A stretch of 64,000 nucleotides of DNA. Origin: Nematocida ausubeli (lineage: Eukaryota). A program made the translations under genes and the position numbers. This document shows, in pieces, positions 31,633 through 42,470 of the stretch. The first letter of the stretch is position 1. Every line of letters starts with the position of its first letter. The notes below the pieces were generated by a model. That model did no database searches. It saw nothing but the letters and a program-made list of their open reading frames with translations, and was not told where the DNA came from. The stretch covers positions 1 through 64,000 of the forward strand of contig NW_026515639.1 in assembly GCF_000738915.1 (NCBI RefSeq). The letters run 5' to 3'.

Positions 31633-34236
31633 TTAAATCAAAATCTCCTTGCTTATCTCATTGATCTTCCATGCTGCCTGCTTATTGGCGGACTCAGAGA
31701 TTTTTTCCAGGAGACTCTTCACGATTTTCTGTATTTTTTTTCTTCTGAAGAGTTTCTTTCCATGCAAAAGTATTTTCTGGAAAAGTCGGCCATCTGCTGA
31801 AACAAGTGCATTCAGGAGACCGGACAGAAGCATTTTAAGCGCCTTTCTGGCAGACTGTCTATTTGTGGTAGAGGTGGTCTCTTGCCCTCTCTGCATGGAA
31901 ATTCGGAGAAGGCTAAGTCCTGTGGAAGTGGCAGCTGCTACAGCTGCATCTTCTAATGGGGAAGTTTTAGTGCTTTTTTGGTAGACTGCCAGGATGTGTG
32001 ACAAAAAGGAGTGCGGCTGCACTCTTTTAACTGATGGCAGTATGCAGGTGAATACAATGTGGGATATTCTTCTTGATTTATCAGCTGCCAGCTTAAGGGT
32101 GTATCTTACAAGCAGCGCACGCTCTGCTTCTGTGAAGCTGAAATCTATTTCTGGCAGTTTCAAGCGAGATAGCACAAATGATATGGGAACAGGCTGTGTG
32201 CCCTGTCTGATGCTGTACGGGTACTTATATGGCCGGCTGGGCCATGCTGCTCTGGCAAGTATGCAGAGTGCATCCAGGCGACAGTGTGAGCCAATGTCCC
32301 CAAGTAAGGGGTCCGTAGTATAGCAGTCTAGCAGGCTAAATAGAATGGACTTTGCTCTTTCCACAGGAACAAGTCTCTTTATGGCCAGCAGATAGATGTA
32401 CGAAGCATATCCTGGGGATGATTTAAGAATAGACATTCTAGGGCACTCTTCGTTCTGGATGGTCTGCAGCAGTGGGTGCTTTATAATAATCAGTGCAAGA
32501 ACTGTTGTTTGTGTTTTAACGGCTCGACCAAGGCGCAGTGCAATTTGTTCGTTAATACTGTGCGCATGCAGCAGAAGCACTTGAAGCACTTCTTTTGTGA
32601 AGATATTCTTTGCCATGCAGTGCATAATAGCAGCTTCTGCATGCGGAGCTGCGAGTCCAAGAATCCGAATAGCCTTAATCTGCAGTCTAAGTGCCTCTGC
32701 CTCAATTTTCACCAAGGGAGAGAGTATCTTTGGTGAAATGTCCTGCACAATTCGGGCTAGCGTATCCAACAGCTCTGCAGATTTCTGCCTTTCTAATTGG
32801 CCGTTGAGTTCTGTAGATGAATCTTTTTCGGATATTTCTGCAAGTGTCTTCCGAACTGATAGGTTGTTTATTTCACTCACACTTGAATATATTCCATCTA
32901 TCTCCTTATCAGATAAACATATCTCTCTAGAAGGTATATTTTGACTCTGAATTATTTCTTCTGTATTTTTTGATTCTTTCTGCATCTCTGTGTCTTTTGC
33001 TATATCTGACATTTTCACTTCTTCTACGTCTTCTGATCTTTTCCTTTTTTCCTCTCTTCTGTGCTGGATTAGGCACACCCTGAGAGCGCACACTTTGCTA
33101 AAAAGGTCTGCTGCATCCCAGGTGCACTCCTGCTGTGCGTACACCTTCAGCTGTGCAGCTCTTTTTATGAGAAGAGGCACTCCTTCTGATACAAGTACGA
33201 CTGAGAACTCTGCAAGCAGGCTTCTGCTGATTCGCCCAAATTTAAGAAGTGCCTTTATATCTGGCCTTCTGCTGCGTATTGTGTCAATTATGCGCAGAGA
33301 CTGGTCACATGGATTGTGCCCTAAATACTCAACAAGCAGCCCAGACGCAGTCTTCCTTACATCACTTGACCGCGAGAATATCGAGAGAAGAATTAAAAAG
33401 GGAAGATGTGCTTTAACTCCAACCTGTGTCATCCCCCAGAGTATCACCATAAGCCCATTCATGACCTTTTCATTTGATATTTTCACCATATAATTCTTCA
33501 CTATTCTCAAAGCTATTTTTACATTTTTGCTTTTCTCCCCTTTCTTCTCTCTGTATATATGAACTCCCAGCAGGGCGAGCATGGCAGGTGCCCAGATAGG
33601 ATTTGGAACTGTCTTCTCACTATCTTTCAGAAGGGCATCAATTGTGTTTTCGATTAAGCTGCTTTTTTCCCGAATCTTCAGGGCTGCTTGTATTGCTTTT
33701 ATCTTCACATCACTGTTTGACTCCCCTAGCATCTCAATTATTCTATTATAAAAGAGACCGTCATAATCAAGCCCTCTCTGCACAACTGCCTTGGATATGC
33801 TTACAAGTGCCTTCTGGGCCAAGAATGACTTTGTCTCTAAGTGTGCAATTTTCAATAAGATATCCCTATCCACACTAAGTCCTCTTTTTATCCCGTATGC
33901 CAGAACTTTCAGACCAAGTGGCAGGCCCATCTCTATCCCGCACACACTAATTTGCTGATTCTCATATATTTCAAATATACACTCTTTTTCATCTTCTCTC
34001 CCAGCTATTCTGAGTGTCTGTCTGTTAAGCCTGCTGCATATAAGACCAAGAATCTTATATAGCCTGTCTTGTGGATAGTGCCTTGCCTGCTTCTCTGCTA
34101 GTCCTCTGAGCCGACAAAAGGTCTCCTGACTCATCTGCACAGTAAAAGGATTGCTTAGTGTGATTTCAATCTTCTCCAAATATTCATCTGAAAGCATTCT
34201 CTGAAAATAAAAAGAATTCCATTTATTGGCCTGCAT
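31633..34236 (-). CDS. Tubulin-folding cofactor D-like
   Basis: FSRSSDVRKTASGLLVEYLG and LDCYTTDPLLGDIGSHCRLDA resemble TBCD motifs (FDRxxNCRRAASAA; DDYTxDxRGDVGxxVR). Confidence 0.75.
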   Translation of the reverse strand: MQANKWNSFYFQRMLSDEYLEKIEITLSNPFTVQMSQETFCRLRGLAEKQARHYPQDRLYKILGLICSRLNRQTLRIAGREDEKECIFEIYENQQISVCGIEMGLPLGLKVLAYGIKRGLSVDRDILLKIAHLETKSFLAQKALVSISKAVVQRGLDYDGLFYNRIIEMLGESNSDVKIKAIQAALKIREKSSLIENTIDALLKDSEKTVPNPIWAPAMLALLGVHIYREKKGEKSKNVKIALRIVKNYMVKISNEKVMNGLMVILWGMTQVGVKAHLPFLILLSIFSRSSDVRKTASGLLVEYLGHNPCDQSLRIIDTIRSRRPDIKALLKFGRISRSLLAEFSVVLVSEGVPLLIKRAAQLKVYAQQECTWDAADLFSKVCALRVCLIQHRREEKRKRSEDVEEVKMSDIAKDTEMQKESKNTEEIIQSQNIPSREICLSDKEIDGIYSSVSEINNLSVRKTLAEISEKDSSTELNGQLERQKSAELLDTLARIVQDISPKILSPLVKIEAEALRLQIKAIRILGLAAPHAEAAIMHCMAKNIFTKEVLQVLLLHAHSINEQIALRLGRAVKTQTTVLALIIIKHPLLQTIQNEECPRMSILKSSPGYASYIYLLAIKRLVPVERAKSILFSLLDCYTTDPLLGDIGSHCRLDALCILARAAWPSRPYKYPYSIRQGTQPVPISFVLSRLKLPEIDFSFTEAERALLVRYTLKLAADKSRRISHIVFTCILPSVKRVQPHSFLSHILAVYQKSTKTSPLEDAAVAAATSTGLSLLRISMQRGQETTSTTNRQSARKALKMLLSGLLNALVSADGRLFQKILLHGKKLFRRKKIQKIVKSLLEKISESANKQAAWKINEISKEILI

Positions 34237-34275
34237 AAATTCTTAAGATATTTGCGCACCCACTAAGATAAAGAA

Positions 34276-34815
34276 TTATTGCGTGATGAAAATATCTGAA
34301 TTTAAGACTTTTACGGTGCTCATCATCTCGTGTATCTCAGCTTCTTTTTCTGCTGAAACATCCCCTTCCTTGAAGAGACTCAAAACTATATCAGACAGAG
34401 CATACTTAGTTACTCCTATGTATATGTGCATAAGACGCACTTTTCCATCATTCCTGGATATATACCCATCCACTTTGGCGATCATCCAGTCAAGCATGTC
34501 TGGCTGCTTCTTAACTTCGACTGGGCGCACAGAGGACCTGTACTTGCCCAAAAAAGTATCTATTCCACGCTTGAACTCTGTGGACGTATACTGAATTGAT
34601 ACAACAGTTGCACCATCAACATCATTCATACCTAAAATATCTTCAATGTGCAAATCTACATCAGGTATGGGCTGCATTAAATCTACAATAAGAAACTCAT
34701 CTTGGTCCGTGCCACCTGCAAACATATACTGGTAGTTCTGTGCTGCTATGAGCTGTGAGATATCCCTGTGCTCTCGTGGTATTTTAATGTCAATACTATT
34801 GTCGTATAAAAACAT
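34276..34815 (-). CDS. MOG1: Mog1 Ran-binding / nucleotide release factor-like
   Basis: LYDNSIDIKIP..RDISQL...NYQYMF...DEFLIVDLMQ resembles the Mog1 N-terminus. Confidence 0.65.
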   Translation of the reverse strand: MFLYDNSIDIKIPREHRDISQLIAAQNYQYMFAGGTDQDEFLIVDLMQPIPDVDLHIEDILGMNDVDGATVVSIQYTSTEFKRGIDTFLGKYRSSVRPVEVKKQPDMLDWMIAKVDGYISRNDGKVRLMHIYIGVTKYALSDIVLSLFKEGDVSAEKEAEIHEMMSTVKVLNSDIFITQ

Positions 34816-34826
34816 AAAATTTTTAA
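34816..34826. promoter_or_regulatory. 11-bp bidirectional AAATTT start element between divergent ATGs
   Basis: CAT-AAAATTTTTAA-ATG. Confidence 0.55.
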
Positions 34827-35069
34827 ATGGAAGAGTGTAAAGAGCTATTCCAGAATAAAGACAGCCTTTCAGATGAAAAATTAATATCCCAAATTAAAGA
34901 GAAGCTGGAGAAGAAATTGAAGCAAATAAAAGAAATGTCCAGTGAGCTGTCAGAAGAAGAAGCAATTAAAATGATCAGCCTACTGGAGAAAAGGATGGAC
35001 TGTCTTGATAGGTGCAAAAGACTGTTCACTAGGGGGAGCCTATCAACTGATAAAAGCACCAGCCAATGA
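34827..35069 (+). CDS. Small coiled-coil hypothetical protein
   Basis: 80 aa, charged helical composition, AAATTT upstream, AATAAA downstream. Confidence 0.55.
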   Translation: MEECKELFQNKDSLSDEKLISQIKEKLEKKLKQIKEMSSELSEEEAIKMISLLEKRMDCLDRCKRLFTRGSLSTDKSTSQ

Positions 35070-35176
35070 GTGCGTCTTTAATAAACTCTCAATTAAACAG
35101 TTATCTAATATACCAATCACTTTATTTCTCCGTAATTTCAAGCTATTTAAGACGCAAGAATCTGGAAGAACAGAAG

Positions 35177-35326
35177 ATGAACAAGGAAACAACAATAAGA
35201 TTTATATTTGCAGGAGTTGGTTTAGTATTAGGAGCAGCTTTGGTATATGCTGGTGGAAAGGCAGCAGACAAGTGGTGCAAGAAAGACTCAAAAGACTCAA
35301 AGACCACCACCCCAGTAGATAAATAG
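35177..35326 (+). CDS. Small single-TM protein (~49 aa)
   Basis: MNKETTIRFIFAGVGLVLGAALVYAGGK: one hydrophobic helix plus a Lys-rich tail; start uncertain (35066 is the alternative). Confidence 0.5.
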   Translation: MNKETTIRFIFAGVGLVLGAALVYAGGKAADKWCKKDSKDSKTTTPVDK

Positions 35327-35996
35327 ATCTATACTAGATAGTCTACTGTGTTATAGTGTGTTTACAGAAAGTTATAAGATATTCGAATACGTATGGATGC
35401 ATTCCTCTTGATTGTAGTGTCTAAATAAATACATCTTACAGCATATGAATTTTGTTAATTTTGTTAATTTTAGTCTTGTATGTACTATAGTGTACACCAC
35501 CTGCAAAAACCCCATGGAAATAACTGAGATTATTCTGGTTATATCCGGATTATAGTGCCTTTTCCTACAACAAAATCTAGAATAATTATCTACTGATAGT
35601 ATTCAGTCCAGGTGCCACCCCAGATCTATACTTTTGAGGCAGTATATTTCCTGTAAGTACAAGACCAAGACTGATTTCTTGCTAAAAAGAAAAACCGCAC
35701 AGCTGCCAGCTGAAAAAGAAAAACTAAAAATTCATTAGAGAAGACCACTTAGAGACTGAAAACTACTGTATTCTTAGAGACTACACATATTCCTAAAACT
35801 TGCAATACATGACTACAGAGTGACTAGTAAATACATAAAGACCTGAATAAGATTCTTGACAAATATCCGTGGAATAATAAATAAGATTAACGGCAATATT
35901 ATCTTTATTTATATCATTAATATCTTGCTACTCCAGTACTTGCAACTTTGCAGAGATTAATATTAATGGCTTAATTATTTATTTCTTTGAATAATT

Positions 35997-36845
35997 TCAT
36001 CTTGGTATAGCTGAGTCAGCACAGTCTTGCTCTAGTCTAGCAGGCACCAATCTATTTGAATGTTCTTCATATAATTGCGGAATGTCTTCTGGGATTTCCT
36101 TTTTGGCTGTTTCTTCATCTGCTGACTTTATCGTATGAGATTCTTCTATCTGGGCTTCCTTCTTGGAGGAATCAGACATACTTTCTGATTTAATGGCAGG
36201 TTCCTGTGGAGTGATCATTTCCTCTTGTTTTTCTTCTGTCTGAAGTATGCCTAAATTAGCCTTCTTCTCTTCTTTCTGCTTGTCTAAGGTGACTGTTTCA
36301 ATTGCTTTGTTTTGTTCCAGAATTGGCTCTGTTTGTTTCATCTGACTCTGGTCAATTACTGGCTCTACTTTAATGCTCTGTTCTATATCTGCCTTTGGAA
36401 TATCTACTGGATCCTGTTCCTGTGCTCTATTTAACAGGCTTTTATTTCTTGCCTCTTCTCTTTCAACTATTTCTTTCCTGTACTTTGCGTATTGTATTGC
36501 AATACTTGAGAAGTTATATGCACTATCCTTCTCGTACGCCAAAGTCACAGACCGAATAAATGAGTAGTTAAGACTATCTAGCTTCTCAGCCAGTGTGTAA
36601 TTTGGTCCTACACACCCAGTTAAATTCACTTTTGCTGCAGGCTCTTTTTCACTTCTTCTTTTAGCTCTTAGTACTTTTTTATTTGGATTAAATTGTAGTC
36701 CTTCCTCTTCGTTGTCTGATGGGATATCTATATCCTCTGTTTTTCTGCATTTCTGTGGGATTCTTCTCTTGCTTGCTTTAATAAGGTGGGTTTCTTCTAT
36801 ACTGCCTGTCTGATTTATTTCTTGTGTCATCTTAATGAAACTCAT
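35997..36845 (-). CDS. Nup2/Nup50-like nucleoporin (divergent)
   Basis: SKRR...acidic...KVLRAKRR importin-alpha-binding pattern; KLDSLNYSF...YAKYRKEI resembles the second conserved Nup50/Nup2 block. Confidence 0.55.
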   Translation of the reverse strand: MSFIKMTQEINQTGSIEETHLIKASKRRIPQKCRKTEDIDIPSDNEEEGLQFNPNKKVLRAKRRSEKEPAAKVNLTGCVGPNYTLAEKLDSLNYSFIRSVTLAYEKDSAYNFSSIAIQYAKYRKEIVEREEARNKSLLNRAQEQDPVDIPKADIEQSIKVEPVIDQSQMKQTEPILEQNKAIETVTLDKQKEEKKANLGILQTEEKQEEMITPQEPAIKSESMSDSSKKEAQIEESHTIKSADEETAKKEIPEDIPQLYEEHSNRLVPARLEQDCADSAIPR

Positions 36846-37306
36846 TAATCTTTCATTGCTTATAGTTTTCGAAGATCAAACAACCAATGAACTCCATAGA
36901 AACCTCCCTAATTGTAGCTATAACAAACAGAGAAGCAACAAATAAGAATATTCCCTTTAGAAACACATAGCACCTTATAAATAAACAAAGGGTTTTGGTT
37001 GTTTTTTTGAAGATGAAACATAAAGTAATTACTAAACTGCCATTCACTACTGCACTAGGCTCAAATATAATATGAATATAGCATAATAGTCTCAATTCAT
37101 GAGTGCTCATTCATATTTCTTTTTAAATTGATTCTGTACTGATCTGCTTTTATGCTAAAGTATTTGGTAATTTGCAAATTAATGCACCTCCTCCTGATCG
37201 ACTATATTATGAATACTGCACCTCCTGGGATCTTTTCAAATTTAACGAATTCCTGTTGATAATAATAATGCAGTAGTGCATAAATAAAATTTTATTTTCA
37301 TTGCAC

Positions 37307-37915
37307 ATGGAACAGAAAAAGAACTCTTTTCTTGCCAAGCTGACCCGCATAGAAATAATTTCTATTCTAAGTCTTCTGCTAATTATTCCTGCCATTAAGC
37401 TTATATACCGCATGCTGTATTTGTTTCCATTGTCGCCTTCTGCTGTAGGCATACTTGCCCCAATTGTTCTGAACACCATAGGCAGCTCAATAGGAGTAGC
37501 AACCATTAGCAAGTCTACATCAGGTGGGTCTGTTAAATCACCTGCTCTTGTGATGAAAAGCATCCTGGGGATTGTTCTGTGCGAGGCCAACTTTATTTTC
37601 AGTATTCTGTCGTTTTTCTTCCTGAAGGAAAGAGCGTTAGAAATAGAAGCGAAGCTGGGGGGAGCAACGGAAATCCCATTGGAAATAGTACAAGCATCCT
37701 GGTGCATTCTTGCAAGTGGCTTAATCTGCGGTATTTGCGGGATGGTTTCCTCCATGGGAAGCTCAGTTGTTAACTCAGCAAGCTCCATCTCTATTGCAAG
37801 CAACTCAAAAATGTTTTCAAAGCTTATTAGTCTGCAGCTGATTATTGGAGGAGTTGGGATCTTTGGAACAGCCATTTCCTTCTTTTTCCTGAAGCTCCCA
37901 AGCAGCCTGGGCTAG
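37307..37915 (+). CDS. VMA16: V-ATPase V0 proteolipid subunit c'' (Vma16-like)
   Basis: Five TM helices; GGSVKSP..VMKSILGIVLCEA carries the Glu in the third helix. Confidence 0.8.
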   Translation: MEQKKNSFLAKLTRIEIISILSLLLIIPAIKLIYRMLYLFPLSPSAVGILAPIVLNTIGSSIGVATISKSTSGGSVKSPALVMKSILGIVLCEANFIFSILSFFFLKERALEIEAKLGGATEIPLEIVQASWCILASGLICGICGMVSSMGSSVVNSASSISIASNSKMFSKLISLQLIIGGVGIFGTAISFFFLKLPSSLG

Positions 37916-38006
37916 GCGTACTTCTGAGCCTGCCTTCTATACGTGAAGGACAGGCAGTAATAAATGTATTCTTACTTTCGCGGCATGAGATTAAATGTTA
38001 AAGGTG

Positions 38007-38167
38007 CTTGTCTTGGAGTAAGCCTCATTCTGTTAGGACAGACCAATGCCCCGGCAGCATTACTATATATATGGTAAATTGGTAAAACCAGCACCTAAGC
38101 CTGCATTACTGCAAAGACCCGAGGACTTTCCTCAGAGAAGATCTCCGAAGCTGCCCACCAAGACAAG
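38007..38167 (-). ncRNA. RNase MRP RNA (minimal, ~160 nt)
   Basis: Minus strand: P1 CUUGUCUUGG/CCAAGACAAG, P2 GGGCAG/CUGUCC, P3 hairpin, CR-I GGAAAGUCCUCGG, mCR-I AUAGUAA, CR-V ACAGAAUGAGGCUUAC forming P4. Confidence 0.88.
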
Positions 38168-39418
38168 TGCAAGGGCACAAAAATATTCAATAAAATATTC
38201 TGCTTTTTTATGGTGGTATATACCTTTGCGCAGATATATCTGCAGCCTAGCGAGTATTCACAGGGCAGAAAATATGAAAGAAATGAAGTATCTGTGTCTT
38301 ATTTATGCTATCCAGAACTCATACATCTTCCGTTTACTGTAAATACACAGTTAGTTCTGTGATGCATTCTGGTTGTTTCGGGTTATTTTGGATATTTTGG
38401 TTATATTCTAAGCATACAGCACACTTAGTATAGAATCATTCGGGGTTATATCGAGTTATATCATGGTAAATTGAAGTAGAAATAGGATTAATTCTTTCAC
38501 TTTTGGGTTGTTCTTATACGCTCTTTTATTTTGTATTTTTGCACAATTTAATCTGGTTTTATAACCTAATTATGACCCGAATAGTATTATTCTGATTGTT
38601 TTATTGTGGGTATGCCTGCAGCAACAGAAATTCCCAAAGAATAGTAATTTTGTCTTGGAATGCTCTGAAACTATTTTTATTTTTATGCTTTCTCTTGTAT
38701 TAGCTTAGTTCTAGAGTACAATATACTATGAATAGGACAGGTCTTCTACTAATACCTTTCTAGCTTATTCATGAATACACCATGTATATCCCTGCTAGAA
38801 TGACCTATTCTTTATGAGTTTTAATTGTCAAGCTAAGAAGCACACTTCAACTATCTTTTGCATTTTCATTTTTCAGAAATAAAACTGTATCTTTGCAAGA
38901 TTATACTTTCTTTCTAGGTACATCTTTTAATAAAAATTTAATTAATAATGGAATAAATTACCACACACTGGGCTTTATTTCAGCAGCAAACACAGCCACA
39001 GTAAAACTACTGCAATGGAATAGCAGTAAACTAGTGAATTTTCACTAGCAAAGAAAACATAACGGTACCTTCTATAAAATAAACTACACTAAAGCCAAAC
39101 ACATGCCTACTACAAAAATAACTGAAATTGTCTAATAGAAAAATATTCCTACTAGACTGCCACCTTCAGGATATGATACTCCAGCTCATGCAGCATGTTA
39201 AATAAAAGGCAACAAATAATACTGTAAAGTATATTTAAAAGAAAATAAGATTTATTAACCTTCTAGAAACCAAGACAACAGAGGTTTTTGTAATAAATAT
39301 TGCCTAGATGCCTTTATGTCTCCTTGAGCAAAATCCAACATATACCTTTCTTATAGACTATAACCAGAGCATAAATTACCTATTTTCTAGGATATTTCTA
39401 AAATATGCAAACTCTTTA

Positions 39419-40294
39419 TTAAAATGGCCATTCGAATCTTATTCTGTCATTCGCATTATATGATCTTAGGTTTAAAATTGGAACTTCCAGGTTTGCAAAT
39501 ATATGTGCATACCAGATAAATCCAGAAAACCAAAACAATACGCAAAGTATAACTGGCACAAATGTGTATATATAAGTACTAATGGATGTCCCGTTTGAAT
39601 ATATCTTTTTAAATGAATTTCGGGTAATTTTGTACTGACTAAGGAAAGAAAGTGTTAAGTATAGGATGTTATACAAACCCATAATAAAAACAAGTGAAAG
39701 AGCATGCCAAATAATCTTAAGAACTCTCTCAAAAGTCACATTGTCACTGTATGACTGCGGCTGCCGCTCATTAGAAATCATATGCAGCATATGAAAGAAT
39801 ACAATGAGGTAGGCCAGAAAGGCAGCAGTTTTAGCATATTCAATTGTTTGAAAATAATAAAACCCATTGACACTCATAGAACTTCTACTCTTAATAGTAG
39901 AAGAGCAGATAATCTGAACTAATGTAAAGAACAACAAACCTGATAAAAACGAAAAAAACTGTATTCTGTATTCACTACCTGAAAAACTATCTGTCATGTA
40001 TATAGTGGATGTAAACACTAAAAAAAGAGGAATCCATCCTTGCATCCAAACCGTGCAGTACAAGAAAACTGAATTTATGCCTTCTAATATACTATGTACC
40101 CATCCTTCTTCCTTGCAGTCAAATCGATTTATAGTTTTATTATGTTCTATACTGTTGAAATTAGACCTTCTACTATCAGGAATAACAAACTGAACTATAT
40201 CCGTATCAGAAAGGATATCATTGTTCTCTAGCTCTATTTCTGTATCTGATAAGCATTTCATCTCAAGTGCAACTTCTTTCTCTATCTTATTCAT
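39419..40294 (-). CDS. Multi-pass membrane protein, paralog A
   Basis: 291 aa, ~5 TM; N-terminus MNKIEKEVALEMK shared with the next gene. Confidence 0.75.
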   Translation of the reverse strand: MNKIEKEVALEMKCLSDTEIELENNDILSDTDIVQFVIPDSRRSNFNSIEHNKTINRFDCKEEGWVHSILEGINSVFLYCTVWMQGWIPLFLVFTSTIYMTDSFSGSEYRIQFFSFLSGLLFFTLVQIICSSTIKSRSSMSVNGFYYFQTIEYAKTAAFLAYLIVFFHMLHMISNERQPQSYSDNVTFERVLKIIWHALSLVFIMGLYNILYLTLSFLSQYKITRNSFKKIYSNGTSISTYIYTFVPVILCVLFWFSGFIWYAHIFANLEVPILNLRSYNANDRIRFEWPF

Positions 40295-40576
40295 ATAAAT
40301 TTTTTAAGTTTGGGATAATTTTTATATATTGAATATATTTGCTTCAATAGAAAGTATAGTATAAAATATCCATGTGAATTTTTCATATGAGAGAATTCTC
40401 CTGGGCATTACAAATTTCCTTCTAATAAAGTATCTATATGCTGAAATAATGAATAAGAATTCATAATTTCAATGAAGCAGATACTCTATAAGAACTAATA
40501 GAACAGCAGAACATCTTTGTTAGTCCAGAAATTATTTAATTAACACAAAGTAAATTTATCAAAAAATAAAACAGCA

Positions 40577-40815
40577 TTGACGTGCCCAAAAGGGGGTGAC
40601 AAGATAGTCTGGAGATAGTAGTATTTTAGACTCTAATAGTAATAGGGGTAGTTGTCAAGGAAGGTTTATTTTTGTAATCCTATGGATGTCTTCGGTGACT
40701 TTGACCTTTTGTATACTTGATGAGTGTACTTCTTACTGTTGATATATTCTGCTTGTTTTAATATTTCCATATAATCTTGTGGCTTCAGAATAATGAAAAT
40801 GAAATTTTTACCACA
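40577..40815 (+). mobile_element. Dispersed ~300-bp repeat family copy
   Basis: TTGACGTGCCCAAAAGGGGG...TAGTCTGGAGATAGTAGTATTTTAGACTCTAATAG...GTAGTTGTCAAGGAAGG...TCTTGTGGCTTCAGAAT. Confidence 0.8.
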
Positions 40816-41070
40816 AATAATAACTGTATTTATTGTCCTGTAGAATATATTAATAATAACCATATTTATTCTTATGTAGAATAGATTAATTAGTTTATTA
40901 GTTTATTCTGATAATGCGCTAGCTAAAATTAACCCAAAACTATTTAAAGAGTTAAATCTTCAAATAAAGACTAAAATTTAAGAATGTCTTCTCTAAGAAG
41001 ACAAGTATTGTGGTATTGGAGCTGATCCATGGCACTTAAACCATATAAAATATAAGTATCTCTAATTTTA

Positions 41071-42132
41071 TCAAGGATTGGTAATTTTTGCAGCATTAGC
41101 AATTTCATCTGATGGCATTGGAATATATGGGAGTGCAATAATTAATGTAATCCAGAATAAATTCTTCAACCCAAAGAAAATAAGCATGCGTGTATACTTC
41201 TTGCTTGTTATATATGGGTTCAGTAGCTCTCGCTCAGTTTTAATAGCCTTCAGATGCTCAAGGAAAGAAATTCCTAAGTATACCAAGGTGTAAAAACTCA
41301 AAGAAAAAATAGAAACAACCATATAGTACGAGAAACTGCGGCACAAATATTGTATGGAATCGTAATTGAACATGTCAAATACATATGGTAATAGATGACC
41401 TATATAATAGAATGAACCAATAAAACCCAAAAAGTTAATTATTCTTATAGTGCAAACTATATAGAAGTAGTTCTTTTGGTATACCTTCATATAACCGTTT
41501 ATATTTAAGAAGTCAGTGAAGAATAATTGAAGTGAAAGACCAACAAATGAAGCCACTATTAAAGAAATAAACCCAATGTTTGAAACTTTAAATTTTACAA
41601 CCATTATGAATAGGGAGAAAATCCCAATAGTACTGTATACAGATGCATATATCATATATGAATAAAAATCTATGAATATTTTGGCATAGCTATCCAGCCA
41701 GTTCAAGAAAGAATAAAGCTTTTTTAAGAGATACGTTGGTCCTTTAGGTGACCATTCATCTTCAACTTCTTCCATAATTTTATATCTTTCCCTTTGCTTC
41801 TCTCTTTCTATTTCAGTTTGTCTGTCAATTTCGTCTCTCTTTTTTCTCTCCTCTTCTTCTATTGCTCTTTGCCTCTCTGCATGTTCCATTTCGCATTTCT
41901 TCTTTTTCTCTTCATACTCTCTTTCATATTTTTGCTTTCTTTCTTGTGCACGTCTTTTTATTTCTTGCTTTTCTTCCTCTGGGGATAATTGCTCTGGTGC
42001 TAGACTAATCTTATTTAAGTCTTCATCTTGTTTTTGTCTTGTGCTTACTGAATATGATGTGCTTGGTTCCTGTCTATTCAGTAAAGGCTTCATCTCAATT
42101 GCAGTTTCATTCTTTTTCTCTATCTTATTCAT
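41071..42132 (-). CDS. Multi-pass membrane protein, paralog B, with a charged coiled-coil N-terminus
   Basis: Likely start MNKIEKKNETAIEMK at 42132; TM region resembles 39419-40294. Confidence 0.75.
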   Translation of the reverse strand: MNKIEKKNETAIEMKPLLNRQEPSTSYSVSTRQKQDEDLNKISLAPEQLSPEEEKQEIKRRAQERKQKYEREYEEKKKKCEMEHAERQRAIEEEERKKRDEIDRQTEIEREKQRERYKIMEEVEDEWSPKGPTYLLKKLYSFLNWLDSYAKIFIDFYSYMIYASVYSTIGIFSLFIMVVKFKVSNIGFISLIVASFVGLSLQLFFTDFLNINGYMKVYQKNYFYIVCTIRIINFLGFIGSFYYIGHLLPYVFDMFNYDSIQYLCRSFSYYMVVSIFSLSFYTLVYLGISFLEHLKAIKTERELLNPYITSKKYTRMLIFFGLKNLFWITLIIALPYIPMPSDEIANAAKITNP

Positions 42133-42470
42133 TTTTTTTAATTTTTGAATTAATTTTGCATATATAGATAGAATTATTTTGATGAGTTCATGCCATACAA
42201 TATTTGCATAGAATTTGCAAGTGCAGCTGATTAAATGAAAGTAAAAGGAAGATATGGACATACAGACAATCACTCAAGTTATATAGATATAATTTTATAT
42301 AACCCAAAACAAATTATTTTGTCAGTCTCTCTCTAGTACAGTAGTAATTTTAAATAAATTTTTATTTTTAGTCTTCTAGTCGACAATCGAGTACAAAAAT
42401 TAAATTTCGCATTTTCAGTTATGAAGAGCAATGTGAATAAAGATAAAGACTATTAATAAACTGTCAAAAT

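Noticed and set aside
36853..37110. 85-aa hydrophobic ORF
   Set aside because: Could be a small membrane protein, but an out-of-frame ATG precedes it and T-rich bias alone could explain the hydrophobicity.
38046..38342. 98-aa + strand ORF
   Set aside because: Antisense to the RNase MRP RNA, which explains the local GC content.
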